NCBI RefSeq assembly: GCF_964194155.1 | Contig: NC_135890.1 | Coordinates: 119,226,001 to 119,290,000, forward strand | Length of the DNA stretch: 64,000 nucleotides | Source of the DNA: Cetorhinus maximus | Lineage: Eukaryota | Reading direction: 5' to 3' | Shown here: positions 1 to 12,670 of the stretch, piece after piece | How the letters are laid out: every line of letters starts with the position of its first letter | How positions within the stretch are numbered: position 1 is the first letter of the stretch | Made by a program: the position numbers and the translations under genes | The notes under the pieces: model-generated | Databases searched by the model: none | Told to the model about the DNA's origin: nothing | Seen by the model: the letters and a program-made list of their open reading frames with translations, nothing else

Positions 1-614
1 TATTACTAATCTCAGGGCTCTTTTCCCCTGCCCTCCTTATCCTCCCACTTCCTCCCCACCACACTCCAGAAACAATTTTTGAATTCCGATACACCGTCAT
101 TACTGAATATAAGCAAATACAGCCAGCATCAGATGCTCCTCGGGTATAAATTTAGACCTTTCTGAACTTGAAAGGAAAGATGCAGCCATGCCTTTTCTCC
201 CTCTGCACTCCTGCAAGGGGAGGCGCCAATCTTACGGCAAGCCTAGCTGCTCTCCATTTCCAAAAACCCAGCTAAAAATAACTTAGGCAATAATGCTGCA
301 TTTCTAGCAAAGCACTGTTTGAATGCTGCCCCACCCCACAACCAGGCAACAAAGATAGATTTTTTTTTACTGATTGGTTCTCTCAAACTTTCACATGCGG
401 CGACTGCTTCATTCAACATTCGCATTCATTCAACCAAGGCACAAAAATAAATAAACCAGTAATCCTCACCATCTTTCATGTCTGTAAATCCTATCAGCAG
501 TCAAACATTATTGTGTTGCAAAATTAAACGCAAAATACTACATGCATTCCTTTATTACAGCTTTTAGAATAATTCACTTCGAAATGTATGTTCAATAGAC
601 AGGATGACAGAATT

Positions 615-1720
615 GGCATTTATTTAGCACCTTTCACAATCTCAGGATATCCTAAACACTTTACTGTAAATGAAGTACTTTTTCAAGTGTAGCCACCCTT
701 ATGATATAGAGTAAAGTAGTAGGCAATTAGTGCACAGCAAGCTCCCACAAACAGCAACGAGATAATGACCAGATAATCTTTTTTTTTGTAATGCCACTGA
801 TTGAAGATTAGATATTGGTGCGGAAACTGGGGATAACTCTACTAATCTTCAAATAATAGCTGTCGGATCTTCCAAAATCCACTTGAGAGGTCAGAGGAAC
901 CCTCAGTTTAATGTCATGAAGTTATTAATGTATATAATATTTTGGAAAATAATTTTCATTTACAATAGAGGTTTACTCTGTGGGGGTATCTTAATTGGAT
1001 TAAAGCCAGCTAGTCTGGGTGCTTTGATGTGTACTAGTTTTGATATATAAGAGAGATGGCGTGCATTTGCATTTTTTGAATAGACCATTCAAGAAGTGGG
1101 GTGAAAATTGATGCCTTTCTAGTTTATATTACTAATAAAATTGGTACAATGAATGTGATTTCATTGCTAAAAGGTAAAGTTCAAAGAGACTGGTGAGACA
1201 ATGAGAATTTGAATTCAATCAGTGGTGGTAGGTATAACTTCAGTAGTTTTCGGGTGTGCAGAGCAAAGGCAATGTTAGATCAAAAGGCAGCTGCAAGCAT
1301 CCAACTGGCTACACAGTGAAAAGAACCTCATTTTGAATTCATATGGTGAAAATGCTTTGCCTGGCGTTTGGTTAAGCCTTTGGGTTGCTGTTGCCTTAAT
1401 GGAGATTATTTTGGGAATTTGTTAAAAGTTATGATAGTAGTAATTTGTAGCCATGTGTTCATATATTTTAACCTGTGTAAATGAATAAATTGTTTCATTT
1501 AGTTTAATGTAAAACCTCGAACTAGTGGTCTGATTCCTGAGTTTAGAGTCCCATCTCAAACATAACACTTAAAATTATTGGTTATGACAGTTGTTTAAAG
1601 TTTCCCTCTGGAATTTTTAAAAATAACTCCACTTTACCAACTGCATCGGTCATAACATTAATGTCTCATCTTAACATCTCAGAAAATTCAGCACTGTCAA
1701 TACTGCGCTTAAATGCATGA
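615..1720 (-). mobile_element. Deu-domain-type SINE (AmnSINE1/SacSINE1-like), split by a solo LTR
   Basis: Reverse complement shows the body and tail motifs (ttatctggtcattatc...gctgtttgtgggagcttgctgtgcac...aagtacttc...gtgaaaggtgcta) also seen at 38704 and 63756. The element resumes at 1662 (tgtctcatc) after the insertion. Confidence 0.75.
912..1657 (+). mobile_element. Solo LTR (Gypsy-type), 746 bp, TSD TTAA
   Basis: Termini TGTCATGA...TCATAACA (imperfect inverted TG..CA). TTAA at 908-911 and 1658-1661. Removing it restores the host SINE. AATAAA near 1485. Confidence 0.85.
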
Positions 1721-2849
1721 TCTAGGCTAACACTTCAGTTCAATTCAGATGCCAAGGCTGAAATCAGCAGCTTTATACTGTGCATGCAGGCAACCAGATG
1801 TTGAAATCATCGCCTGACATCTACTTATACCATGGAAGATGCGAATAACTGAACTGAATGGAATTCTAAGCATCATGCGGTATAAAGTAAACTACAATGT
1901 GTAGAACATTTACTCCCCATTATCATTAATACAAAAGTTTACATATAACACACACAAGAAAACTTTTTTATGTAGTTAGCAAACCCTGCCAACGCTGTTT
2001 GTTTAAAGCAGTGCCCAGGCCTTGATCAGCAGTGGCAATATTAAAGCCGAGAGACCGTTACCAATTGCACAGATCAGTGACTAAGGGTAAAAAGTTCAGA
2101 ACCCTCTCCCTGATGAGGCAGAGATTCAGAAAGCATTTTTGTGTTCCACTGCGTTTATTCTGATTTGTGTATGATTTTTGGAAAAAATTAGCTGCTTTAA
2201 CTGCTAGAGGCCATTCCTTCCCAGTGTTCACAAAGGTTGACAGTGCCAGAATGATAAAGTATATCAGAACAACATTTCAGTATTCATCTGAAGACATCGA
2301 ATTCATTCTGTACTGCTGAACAAAACATATTTTAATTCATGACATAGAAACATAAGTGCAGACATTCACAGAAAAATAAATTGTTCCAATGTTGTGGTTG
2401 AATGTTCCATAACTTTCACTGTGTACAAGATTTCATTAGTACAGTAAGTACCAGCTTGCCTATGAAGTCATGCAGCACATTTTCAAATGTTTAACACAAA
2501 AGGAAAAACCCTTTTTTGAATAGCATCTTAATGAGTTATCCCACTGTGATGAATGGATGGAGATCATTTTTCCAATAAGTCTAAGAGTTGAGGGTCAGTT
2601 TAATGTTAATGGAAGTGAATTTCACCCCTACTCCTCATTGAAAGCAAGCAGCATGGGTGAGGTCTACCTCCATTAGTGTAAAACCAGACTTTCTGGTTAG
2701 CGAGAATCTCACTTAATAAATTAAATGGAAAATGAGTGATAATTAAATTTTAATCTAGATGATTAGCATTTATTGAACTTTGCCCACTCAGGAAGCTGGA
2801 CAGATTTTCACCTAAATTTATCCAGTTTCATTCTCATTCCCCTTAGTGG

Positions 2850-3065
2850 TGGCTCAGCAAATTTACCTCGGCAGTGGCTGAACCATATAAACCATGGTAG
2901 GCTGACATTCAGCCTCCAGCCTGTGTTAAATTAATGAATCACTACAATTGCTCTTAGGGAGGGGGTAACAGTCATCCAGGTTCACTCGACTGTTATTTGA
3001 TGACCCTGCTGGAACTGTGCAAGTTGGGCGATGGCAGGTTTGGACTCAGTTGCAATTCCCCAATA
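2850..3065 (+). mobile_element. Old degenerate SINE-like repeat (related copies near 20575-20760 +, 35880-36120 -, 59020-59230 -)
   Basis: Loosely shared motifs (acaattg...gaccctgctgga...ggactcagttg) between the copies; highly diverged. Confidence 0.4.
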
Positions 3066-3806
3066 AATTGTAATTTTGTTCAGGTACTGGAGGGTGGTCA
3101 AAACCTATGGAATTGAGTAAGATGATTTTACAGTTACACATATAAAATTTGCCCTGAAATCAGCAGTTGTCAGCTTAAAAGGGTTTGTCGAAGAACAGGT
3201 AGTCCTCAACTTTTCTGGCAGCATACTCTGCCCATTGTCTGGATGAATGACTGCAACAGGTAAAAGAAGTAGTCATATATAGTGGAGGAGAGGAATATGG
3301 ACAGGATCTTACTGTTGATTGGTTACGCTATTGTTGGTGCATTCTTGCTGCTGATTGGTCGACTGTGCAAATTGGATGGTAATGTGTTTCTTAAGTAAGG
3401 GTAGCCAGATGTCAATGATAAGATGGCTGCTGCCTTGGGGGACAGTGTAATGTTGGTAGATCCCCATGGCTTCCCTGTGACAAGCCTTGCATGCCAGGGC
3501 ATGATGGATAAGATAAGTCTAGAACTGGACCACTGCATGTGGTGGTTATTAGCTTGAGTGTGTTTGACAATAGCTGACCTGTCACATCCACTGTGTTTGA
3601 AGCATCCACAGTGATATGACATTCCTCGGGTCTAGTGTGTAGTCTGTGTCCTATTTCCCCAATGTAGACGAGTCCGCAATCGTATGGTATGCTGTAAATT
3701 CCTAGTTTGCTCCGAGCTGGTTTCTTATCTTTGTGGGTATGAACAATGGAGTGGAGCTTCTTAGATACTTGTGTTGGACTTGTATGTCTGCTGATTTATA
3801 TATATA

Positions 3807-5228
3807 TTTTTTTTTTGTAAAAATATACTTTATTCATAAAAAATCTTCAATCACATTCAAAACCATTTCAAAAACAACATTACAAGGGTACAATCCAGGT
3901 TAAACTTTTACAAAATGTATCACCAGGTGCATCAGTACAAACAATATTACAATCATTTACAGCCTTTCATTTTGATCTGTACAGCCCGAGGGGCTCTAAA
4001 CAGTTCCCAGTCTCTCGGTGCGCTGTGGTAGAAAGGTCTTAGACAGCGACCCTTCCCCATTGCGCCTTTGCGGCAGCTGCCCCAAGCTTTAGTGCGTCCC
4101 TCAGCACGTAGTCCTGGACTTTGGATTGTGCCAGTCCGCAACAATCGGTCGGGGACAACTCTTTGTGCTGGAAGACCAACAAGTTTCGGGCAGACCAAAG
4201 CGCGTCTTTCACCGAGTTGATGATCCTCCAGCTGCAGTCGATGTTTGTCTCGGTGTGTGTCCCTGGGAACAGCCCGTAGAGCACAGAGTCCTGTGTCACA
4301 GAACTGCTCGGGATGAACCTCGACAGCAACCACTGCATCTCTCTCCAGACTTTCTTTGCAAAGGCACAATCCACAAGGAGGTGAACAACGGTCTCTTCCC
4401 CACCACAGCCACCTCGAGGGCAACGTGCAGAGGGGGTGAGCCTCCTGGCGTGTAGGAAGGATCTGACGGGGAGGGCCTTTCTCACCACCAGCCAAGCTAC
4501 GTCTTGGTGCTTGTTGGAAAGTTCTGGCGATGAGGCATTCTGCCAAATGACTTTGACAGTCTGCTCGGGGAACCATCCCACAGGGTCCACCCTCTCCTTT
4601 TCCCTCAGGGCCTCTAGGACGTTACGTGCTGACCACTGCCTGATGGACTTGTGGTCAAAGGTGTTTTTCTGCATAAATTTTTCCACCAGGGACAGGTGGT
4701 GCGGCACGGTCCAACTACTTGGAGCGTTCCGCGGCAGCGTGGCCAGACCCATCCTTCGCAACACCGGGGACAGGTAGAACCTCAGCACGTAGTGACACTT
4801 GGTGTTTGCGTACTGAGGGTCTACGCACCGCTTGATGCAGCCACACACAAAGGTGGCCATCAGTATGAGGGCGATGTTGGGCACGTTTTTTCCCCCTTTA
4901 TCTAGAGGCTTGTACATCGCGTCCCTGCGGACACGATCCATTTTCGACCTCCAGATAAAGCGGAAGATGGCTCGAGTGATCGCCATCGCGCAGGAGTCTG
5001 GAATGGGCCAGACCTGCGCCACGTACAGCAACAGCGAGAGTACCTCACACCTGATGACCAGGTTCTTTCCCGCAATGGAGAGGGAGCGTCGCTCCCACAT
5101 GCCCAGTTTCCTTTTCACCATAGCCACTCGCTCCTTCCAGTTTCTAACGCATGCCCCGGTCCCTCCGAACCATATCCCCAGCACCTTCAGGCCGTCAGCC
5201 CTGACAGTGAAGGGGACAAAGGATCGGT
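3807..5228 (-). mobile_element. 5'-truncated Tx1-clade (L1 group) LINE, young
   Basis: Poly(A) tail (T10 at 3807-3816) preceded by AATAAA on the minus strand. GC/CpG-rich compared with flanks. ORF2 C-terminus is uninterrupted. Confidence 0.9.
4039..5228 (-). pseudogene. Tx1 ORF2 C-terminal fragment (RT thumb region plus zf-RVT zinc knuckle)
   Basis: About 396 open codons: LKVLGIWF, LSIAGKNLVI, DKGGKNVPN, RCPRGGCGGEETVVHLLVDC. The first ~38 aa of the listed 434-aa ORF come from flanking DNA. Confidence 0.85.
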
Positions 5229-5825
5229 GTGTAGACTGTGCGAGGTGAAACCAATGTATAGGAGGCTGACTCTTGTTCTTCCAAGGAACACTTCTAAGAT
5301 AAAAACTGCTCTTTTCAGAGCAACTATTACATGGAGTGACCATAAAATCATCTTACACAATGTTACTTCTCTCACCATGAAAACCTTCAAACATTTTTTA
5401 CCTATGGAATTGTACAGCTTGAGAAAAGAATGACAAAACTTTTGTTTCCCCCAAAGTTTATGCAGTCCTTTTAGCTTAAACTACTGTGAATATTCAAATG
5501 TTATGCATGCAGACAACCAAAAGCTCTACATTTGCAGCTGAATGCATCATATAGAGAAAAACCCAGGTTTGTAACATCCAAACCTAGTGGTCATCCAAAG
5601 CCCATTATTGTGAATCCATTGAATTTCCATTAATTTCAGATGTTCAAATGTTTGGCTACCAGATGGGTCATTAATGGTAAATTAACTGTTGCTTTTGTAG
5701 TAAGTTGTACAAGACCAGATGGGTCCAATTTTTGATCCCTATTCTACGCCATGTTTGATCATTTGAGCTGGGCTCAGGCATACGACAGTTGGCCTCAGAC
5801 TTTCCCCCCCAAAAGAGGAGAAATT

Positions 5826-6868
5826 TAGAACATAAGAAATAGGAACAGGAGTAGACCATTCAGCCCCTCAAGCCTGCGCCACCATTCAGTAAGATCATGG
5901 CTGATCTGTGTTTCGAGTTCCACATTCCCATCTACTCCCCATAACCTTTGATTCCCTTGTGATTCTAACAAGAATCTATCTATCTAACTCTGCCTTAAAA
6001 ATATTCAATGACCCCACCTCCACCACTTTGAGGCAGAGAACTCCGAAGTCGCACAACCCTCAGAGAAAAAATTCCTCCTCATCTCTGTCCTAAAAGGGCG
6101 ATCCCTAATTTTAAACAGTGCCCCCTAGTTCTGGACTCACCCACAAGAGGAAACATCTTTTCCACGGCCACCTTGTCAAGGCCGTTCAGGATCTTATATA
6201 CTTCAATCAAATCACTCCTCGCTCTTCTAAACTCCAATGGAAACAAACCCAGTCTGTCCAACATTTCCTCATAAGACAGCCCACTCATTCCAGGTAACAA
6301 TCTAGTAAACCTCCTCTGAACCAGCTCCAATGCATTTACATCCTTAAATAAGGAGACCAAAACTGCACACAGTATTCAAGGTGCGGTCTCACCAATGCCC
6401 TGTATAACTGAAGTATAACATCCTTACTTTTATGTTCAATCCCTCTCATAATAAAGGATAGCATTCCATCAGCCTGCTTAATTATTTGCTGTACCTGCAT
6501 ACTAACTTTTTGTGACTCATGTACTAGAACACCTAGATCCCTCTGCACCTCAGAATTATGCAGCCATTCTCCATTTAAGTAATACTCTGCGTTTTTGTTC
6601 TTCCTGCCAAAGTGAACAACTTCACATTTTCCCACATTAAACTCCATTTGCCAGATCTTTGCCCACTTGCTCAACCTATCTATCTATATCCATCTACAAC
6701 CTCATGTCCTCTTCACAACATACTTACTTTCCTACCTATCTCTGTGTCATCTGCAAATTTAGCTACCATGTCTTCACTCCCCTCATCTAAGTCACTGATG
6801 TAAATCGTAAGAAGTTGAGGCCCCAGTACAGACCCCTGTGGGACTCCACTCGTCACACCCTGCCAACC
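5826..6868 (-). mobile_element. CR1 LINE 3' fragment (RT C-terminus plus 3' UTR)
   Basis: Peptides WQMEFNVGKCEVVHFG, RPHLEYCVQFWSP, LELVQRRFTRL. CR1-type tail (agaacataagaaatagga). Confidence 0.92.
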
Positions 6869-6989
6869 AGGCTAAGTAACAGAGATCTGGTGACACCCAT
6901 GGGACTAGATGCCACCACAGTGAATCACCAGCTTCAGGAGAGGAAGCAAAGGAAACAATGGGCCTGAACTGCCTCAGAGCTGCAGTCAG

Positions 6990-7960
6990 CGTCGGATTGC
7001 CACTCCGTGCCCAATTTCTTAACTTAATTGTTTTCAATCCTATCTTGTCCGATCTTCTGACTCAGGCTGGGAAAGATCCACGCAGTACAGTGCATCCCCA
7101 GGGCCCAGCATTGAAGTGGAGAGTTTAAATGAAGGCGGCCACACCCCCTTTTATTGCAGCAATAGCTGCCATAAAGCAGGTAACTTTAAAGGTCCATTGA
7201 AATTTAAAGGTCCTTGACAGGCCATGGAGAAGGTTAAGTGTCTAAGCTAAGTGGATAGGATTTGAGGATTGGGCTTGGGGGAAATTGGTCGGGCCTGGGG
7301 TGTGGTGGTGAGGGGTGTGTGGCTTTAGGTCAGGTCAGGTCAGGCTCAGGGAGGTGGATGGTGTTGGGCCTCATGGAAGGAGGGTTGGGGGAGGAGGTCG
7401 GACCTTGGTTGGGGGGGGAAGGGGAGGAGAGAAATGGAGGGGATGAGAGTCAGGCCCGTTGGGGTGGATAGGGGAGTTCCATGCGGGTGGAGGGAATCCA
7501 GTGGGGGTTGGGTAGTCAGGGAGTGAGGGAAGCTCACTGGGGAGTTGGCTGCGGGTGGGGTAGTCAGGGATGGGGGGAGACCCTTGGGGGAGTTTAGTGG
7601 GGAGGGGGGAGTAGTTGTTGGGGTGGGGGGGGGGGAGACCCTGGGGTTCAGGGGTGTGTGGGGGGGGGGGTCAGTGTGGGTCTGTACAATAGTTACCCAT
7701 AAGCTGGTAGTGGTTTTAATCTTTCTAACTTTTTCTGGGTAACTAATGATGGTGTAACCCAGTTGGAACGATCCAAGGTTTGCGATTTTAATCGCATTTT
7801 CAGATGGTTCCCAGTAGAGGGCAATTGCCCAAGAGAAGTTTACACTTCTGGGCAATTGACATGCAAACCTTATCTGGTGCTTACGAAGGGGATTCCCCAG
7901 CACATCTCTCGGGTATCCCCTCCAATACGATGCTGTGGAGTTCGGAAGTTACAGCTCATT
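6990..7960. repeat. G-tract-rich putative non-autonomous DNA-transposon relic
   Basis: Strong G-skew at 7260-7680. Internal hairpin caattgcccaagagaagt/acttctgggcaattg near 7822-7858. No clear terminal inverted repeat (TIR) pair found. Confidence 0.35.
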
Positions 7961-8284
7961 GTTAAATACTTATACGTAGTGCTTTTAACCGCCTAGGCCC
8001 TAAACACTGGAATTACCTTCCTTAACCCCTCTATCTTTCTACCTCCTCTTCTCCTTTAAGTTGCTCCATTCAAACAGGAAAAGCTAACAGGTTAAGTGAT
8101 TTAAGTGGAAACAGAAACTAAGTTGCTCAAGCTTCACAGTCTAGATAGCCAGGGCTTCTGGGCTGTCATATGTGCATGCCAGTATTAAACACCTGATTGT
8201 TAATAAGACCAGCAAAAATTAAGTTGAATTATCTTTTTAATGAACTGTTCTTTCTTCTGCCCCTTTCAAAAGCACTCAAGGTGT

Positions 8285-10250
8285 CAAGCAAGAGGAGCAG
8301 GCTATTCAGCCCATCAATCTTGCGCCACCATTCAATAAAATCATGGCTGATCTGTTTGTGGCCTTAACTTCACTTTCCTGTCTAACCTCATAACCCTAAA
8401 CTCCCTTGTAGATCAAATATCTGTCTAGCTCAGCCTTGAATACAGTTAATGACCCAGCCTCTACTGCTCTCTTGGGTAGTGAATTCCAAATACTAACAAC
8501 CCTCAGCCGAGAGAAGAAATTCCTTGTCATCTCCATCTTAAATGAAAGATCCTTATTTTGAAACTTTGCCCCCTGGTTCCAGATTCCCCCATGGGGGAAA
8601 TATCCTTTCAGCATCTTAAATGTTTTATTCTTCTAAACTCTGTTCTTCCCATCAAAATGGACAACCTCACATTCACATCATACTCCATCTGCCAAATTTT
8701 TGCCCACACATTTAACCTATCTCTAGCTCTTTGCAGCCTCTTTCTGTCCTCCTCACACCTTGCTTTCCTATCTATCTTTGTATCAGCAGCAAATTTGACA
8801 ACAACACACTCAGTCCCTTCATCTAAGTTATTGATATAGATTGTGATTAGTTGAAGCCCTAGCGCGGATCCCTGTGTAACTTCACTGGTAGTTTGCCAAC
8901 CTGAATATGACCCATTTATCCCATTTTCTGTTAGTTAGCCAATCCTCTATCCATGTTTATATATTACCCTGAACACAAACTCTTATCCTTGTGTAATAAC
9001 TTTTTATGTGGCACATTATCGAGTGCCTTTTGGAAATCTAAATACACTACATTTTTGTTACTCCTTTATCTACACTACTTGTTACATCATCAAAGACCTC
9101 TAATGAATTTGTCAAGCACGATTTCCCTTTCATAAAACCATGTTGACTCTGCTTGATTGTATTCCGATTTTCTAAATGTCCTGCTGCTAATGCCTTAATA
9201 ATGAATTCCAGCTTTTGCCCCAATGAACGATGTTAGGCTAACTAGTCTATAATTTCCTGTTTTCTGTCGCCCTCCTTTCATGAATAGAAATGTTTACATT
9301 TGTGGTTTTCAAATCAGCTGGGACATTTCTAGAAGATAGGAAATGTTGGAAGACCACAACCAATGCAGCAGCTACTTCTTTTAAGACCCCAGGATCCCAG
9401 CAATCTAGTGCAGGGGCTTTGTCAGTCTTTAGTCCCACTAGTTTTCCTTGTACTTTTTCTCTACTGATAGTGATTGTTTTAAGTTCTTCCCTCCCTTTTG
9501 CCCCTTGATTTCCTATTATTCTTGGGATATTTTTTGTGTCTTCTATTGTGAAGACAGATAAAAAAAAATACTCGTTCAAAGTCTCTGCCATTTCCTTGTT
9601 TCTCATCATTAATTCCCCAATCTCACCCTCTTAAGGGAACAGCATTTTAGCTCCCCTCTTCCTATTATATACTTGTAGAAGCTCTTAGTCTGTATTTACA
9701 TTTCTTGCTAGTTTACATCTCATATTATAATTTCTCCCTCTCTAATTTTTTGAGTCATTCTTTGCTGGTTTCTAAAATTTTCCTCTTCTGGCCTACCACT
9801 AATCTTTGCAGCATTCTTTTCCTTTTCTTTTACCCTGGTTCCATCCTTAACTTGCTTAGCTAGTGTCAGATGGCACATTCTTTTCATTGAGTCTTTCTTT
9901 CTCAATTGAATACATCTTTGTAGAGTTATGAAATATCTCCTTAAATGTCCACCACTACTCCTTTACTATCTTTCGTTTTAACCTATTTTTCCATTCAACT
10001 TCAGCTAACTTTGGTTTCATGCCTTTGTAATTGCATTTATTTAAGTTTAAGACACTAGTTTCAGACCCAAGTTTCTCACCCTCAAATTGAATGTGAAACT
10101 CTATCATGCTATTATAAGTCTTGCATAGAAGATCATTTACTCTGAGATCATTAATTAATCCCGTCTCATTACACATTACCAGGTCTAAAATATCCTGATT
10201 GCTAGTTAGCTCCAAAACGTATTGTTCTAAGAAACTGTCCCGAATATGAA
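8285..10250 (-). mobile_element. Degenerate CR1 LINE (end of endonuclease, RT and tail, with internal deletions)
   Basis: Peptides ILDLVMCNETGLI, EMAETLNEYF, RVVSIWNSLP. CR1 tail near 8290. Confidence 0.88.
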
Positions 10251-10469
10251 CTCTGTTCTGTCAATCATCATCTGCTCAATAGTCAGTAATTTCTGAAGGC
10301 CATAAAACAATTTTTTAAATTTCAGCTGAATATGGTGTGCAAATCCTACCATAATATTCTGAGAGCTAAATTAAAGGGCACTTCAGAAAAACATGATAAA
10401 AGAATCACCAAACTGAATCTATGGCCTGGACCTTTTCCATGAGCTTCAACTTTGTTCACAAGCCTGTTT

Positions 10470-11010
10470 TCAAAATGCCTTTTGGAAGTCCCTGTACACG
10501 ACATCTACCCCACTACCTCATTCATCCTCTCTATTACCTCATCAAAAAACTTAATCGAGTTAGTTAAACACGATTTGCCTTTAACAAATCAATTGGCTTT
10601 CCTTATTTAACCTACACTTCTCCAAGAGACTCTTATTATTGTTTCCAAAAGCTTTCCCAACTTCGTGGTTAAACCGACTGGCCTGTAGTTGACGGGTTTA
10701 TCCTTATACCCTTTTTTTTAAAATAAGGCTTTTGTAACATTTGCAATTTTCCAGTCCTCTGGCACCACCCTGGTATCGAATACTTTGCAATTTATTACCT
10801 TACTTTCCTTAGCATCCTCAGATGCATCCCATCCAGTCCTGGTGACTTATCAACATTAAGTACATCCAGCCTCCACCATCTCTTAATCAAATTTTAGCTC
10901 ATCTAGTATCTCAACTACCTCCTCTTTTACTATGCATTTGGCAGTATCTTGTCCCTTGCAGAAGAAGGATGCAAAGTACTTGGTATCTCAGCCATGCCCT
11001 CTGCAATTAT
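10470..11010 (-). mobile_element. CR1 LINE RT fragment
   Basis: aaaatgccttttggaagtcc, gtttaaccgactggcctgtagtt-like and ccatccagtcctggtgacttatc segments, corresponding to the DFQKAF, NYRPV and KSPGxDG motifs. Confidence 0.7.
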
Positions 11011-11589
11011 GTTTAAGTATCTTTACTAGAGTACAATATTATTGCACGGTAGTGGCACAGCTGAATGTCAGGTAGAAAATAAACTCCGAACTTATCAATG
11101 GTCGAAGTTGTGTGGTTTTGAGTTACCAAATGGAATTTAAATTCTTTTTTTTTTAAATAAGCAAGAGCTTGAACATTGGAAATTTTACATTCAACCTACT
11201 GGTGATGATTTGCATTATTTCCCAAGCAATGAACAATTTGCTATTCTCAAATTTTGTTTAAACTTCTGAGCTACACATAGACCACATGGATTTTACTTTG
11301 AATAGTACGTTTGTCATGTAAGTGAAAGCAATTTCGAAAAAAAAACTTCCAAACTGCTGTAATGCAATTTCTTAAGACGATCGAGCTACAAGTAAACTTG
11401 TCCAGTAGGGGGCACTTTTGCACCACGGAACCAAACAAACTCTCTGCTTTTGTTCCCATGTACCTCATTTACACCCAAGATACACAGCTAAAAAGCACTG
11501 TATTCATATTTCATGAGAAGTGTTTAATGTGTGTTGTCAAGCAGTGGCTCTGCCAGAAGTACAAGCCCAAAGAAAGGAGTTTCACAAGA

Positions 11590-12670
11590 CACAAGAGAAT
11601 TAGGAGTAGGCCATTCGGCCCCTCAAGCCTGCTCCACTATTTGATAGCATCATGGCTGTTCTGAATGTGGCCTCAACTCCACTTTCCTGTCTTACCCCAT
11701 AATCCTTGATACCCTTGCTGATCAAAAATCTATCTAACTCAGCCTTGAACATATTCAATGACCAGCCTCCACTGCTCTCTGGGGAAGAGAAATTCACAGA
11801 CTAACAACCCTCAGAGAAAAAAATTCTCCTTATCGCAGCTTAAATGGGAGACCCCTAATTTTTAAACTCTGCCCCCTGGTTCTAGACACCCCCACAAGGG
11901 GAAACATCCTTTCAGCATCCACCTTATCAAGTCCCTCAGGTATTACATGTTTCAATATGATCACTTCTCATTCTTCTAAACCCCAATGGATACAAGTCCA
12001 ATCTTTCCTCATAAAATAACCCTGCCTTCCCAGGAATCAGTCGCTTGGACCTTCTTTGCAACTGCTTCTAATACAATTATATCCTTTCTTAAGTAAGGAG
12101 ATCAAAACTGTATACAGTACTCCAGATGTGATCTCATCAATGCCCTATACAACTGTGACATAACTTCCCTACTTTATACTCTCCCTTGCAATAAACGCCA
12201 ACATTACATTTACCTTCCTAAACAGTTGCTGCACCTGCATACTAACTTTTTGTGATTCATGTACCAGGACACCCAGATCCCTCTGTACCGTAGAGTTTTG
12301 CATTCTCTCTTCAATCAGGTAATATATACTGCTTTTCTATTCTTCCTGCCAAAGTGGACAAGTTCACAATTACATAAATTATAGTCCATCTGTCAAATTT
12401 TTGCCCACTCACTTAACCTAAATCCCTCTGTAGACTCTTTGTCATCTTGACAACTTACTTTCCTACCTATTTATCATCAGCAAGTTTAGCTACTACATCT
12501 TTAGCACCTTCATGCAAAATGTTGATATAGATTGAATATAGTTGAGGACCCAGCACTGATTCCTGCGGCACTCCACTCATTCCATCTTGCCAACCCAAAA
12601 ATGACCCATTTATCCATACTCTCTTTTCCTGTTAGCTAACGAATCTTCTATTCATGCTAATATATTACCA
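11590..12670 (-). mobile_element. CR1 LINE 3' fragment
   Basis: Co-linear with the 5826-6868 copy. Tail aagagaattaggagtaggccattcggcccctc. Confidence 0.9.

Larger units (their letters stand above)
3180..5285 (-). mobile_element. Penelope-like element relic (GIY-YIG endonuclease region), interrupted by a Tx1 LINE
   Basis: The minus strand near 3620-3710 reads KLGIYSIPYDCGLVYIGEIGHRLHTR (GIY-YIG). After a frameshift it reads SAIVKHTQANNHHMQWSSSRLIL. An upstream piece, RVSLLYIGFTSHSLHT, lies beyond the Tx1 at 5229-5285. Confidence 0.8.

Noticed and set aside
908-1661. piggyBac element suggested by the TTAA duplication
   Set aside because: The termini are TG..CA and match the other solo LTRs; there are no CCC..GGG TIRs.
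2110-2150. CTGATGA...GAAA hammerhead-like spacing on the plus strand
   Set aside because: The intervening bases do not form stem II, and the flanks do not pair as stem I.
3953-5248. Overlapping and antisense ORFs in the Tx1 region
   Set aside because: These are shadow frames of GC-rich ORF2.
7346-7903. 185-aa proline-rich ORF
   Set aside because: It is a by-product of G/C low-complexity sequence.
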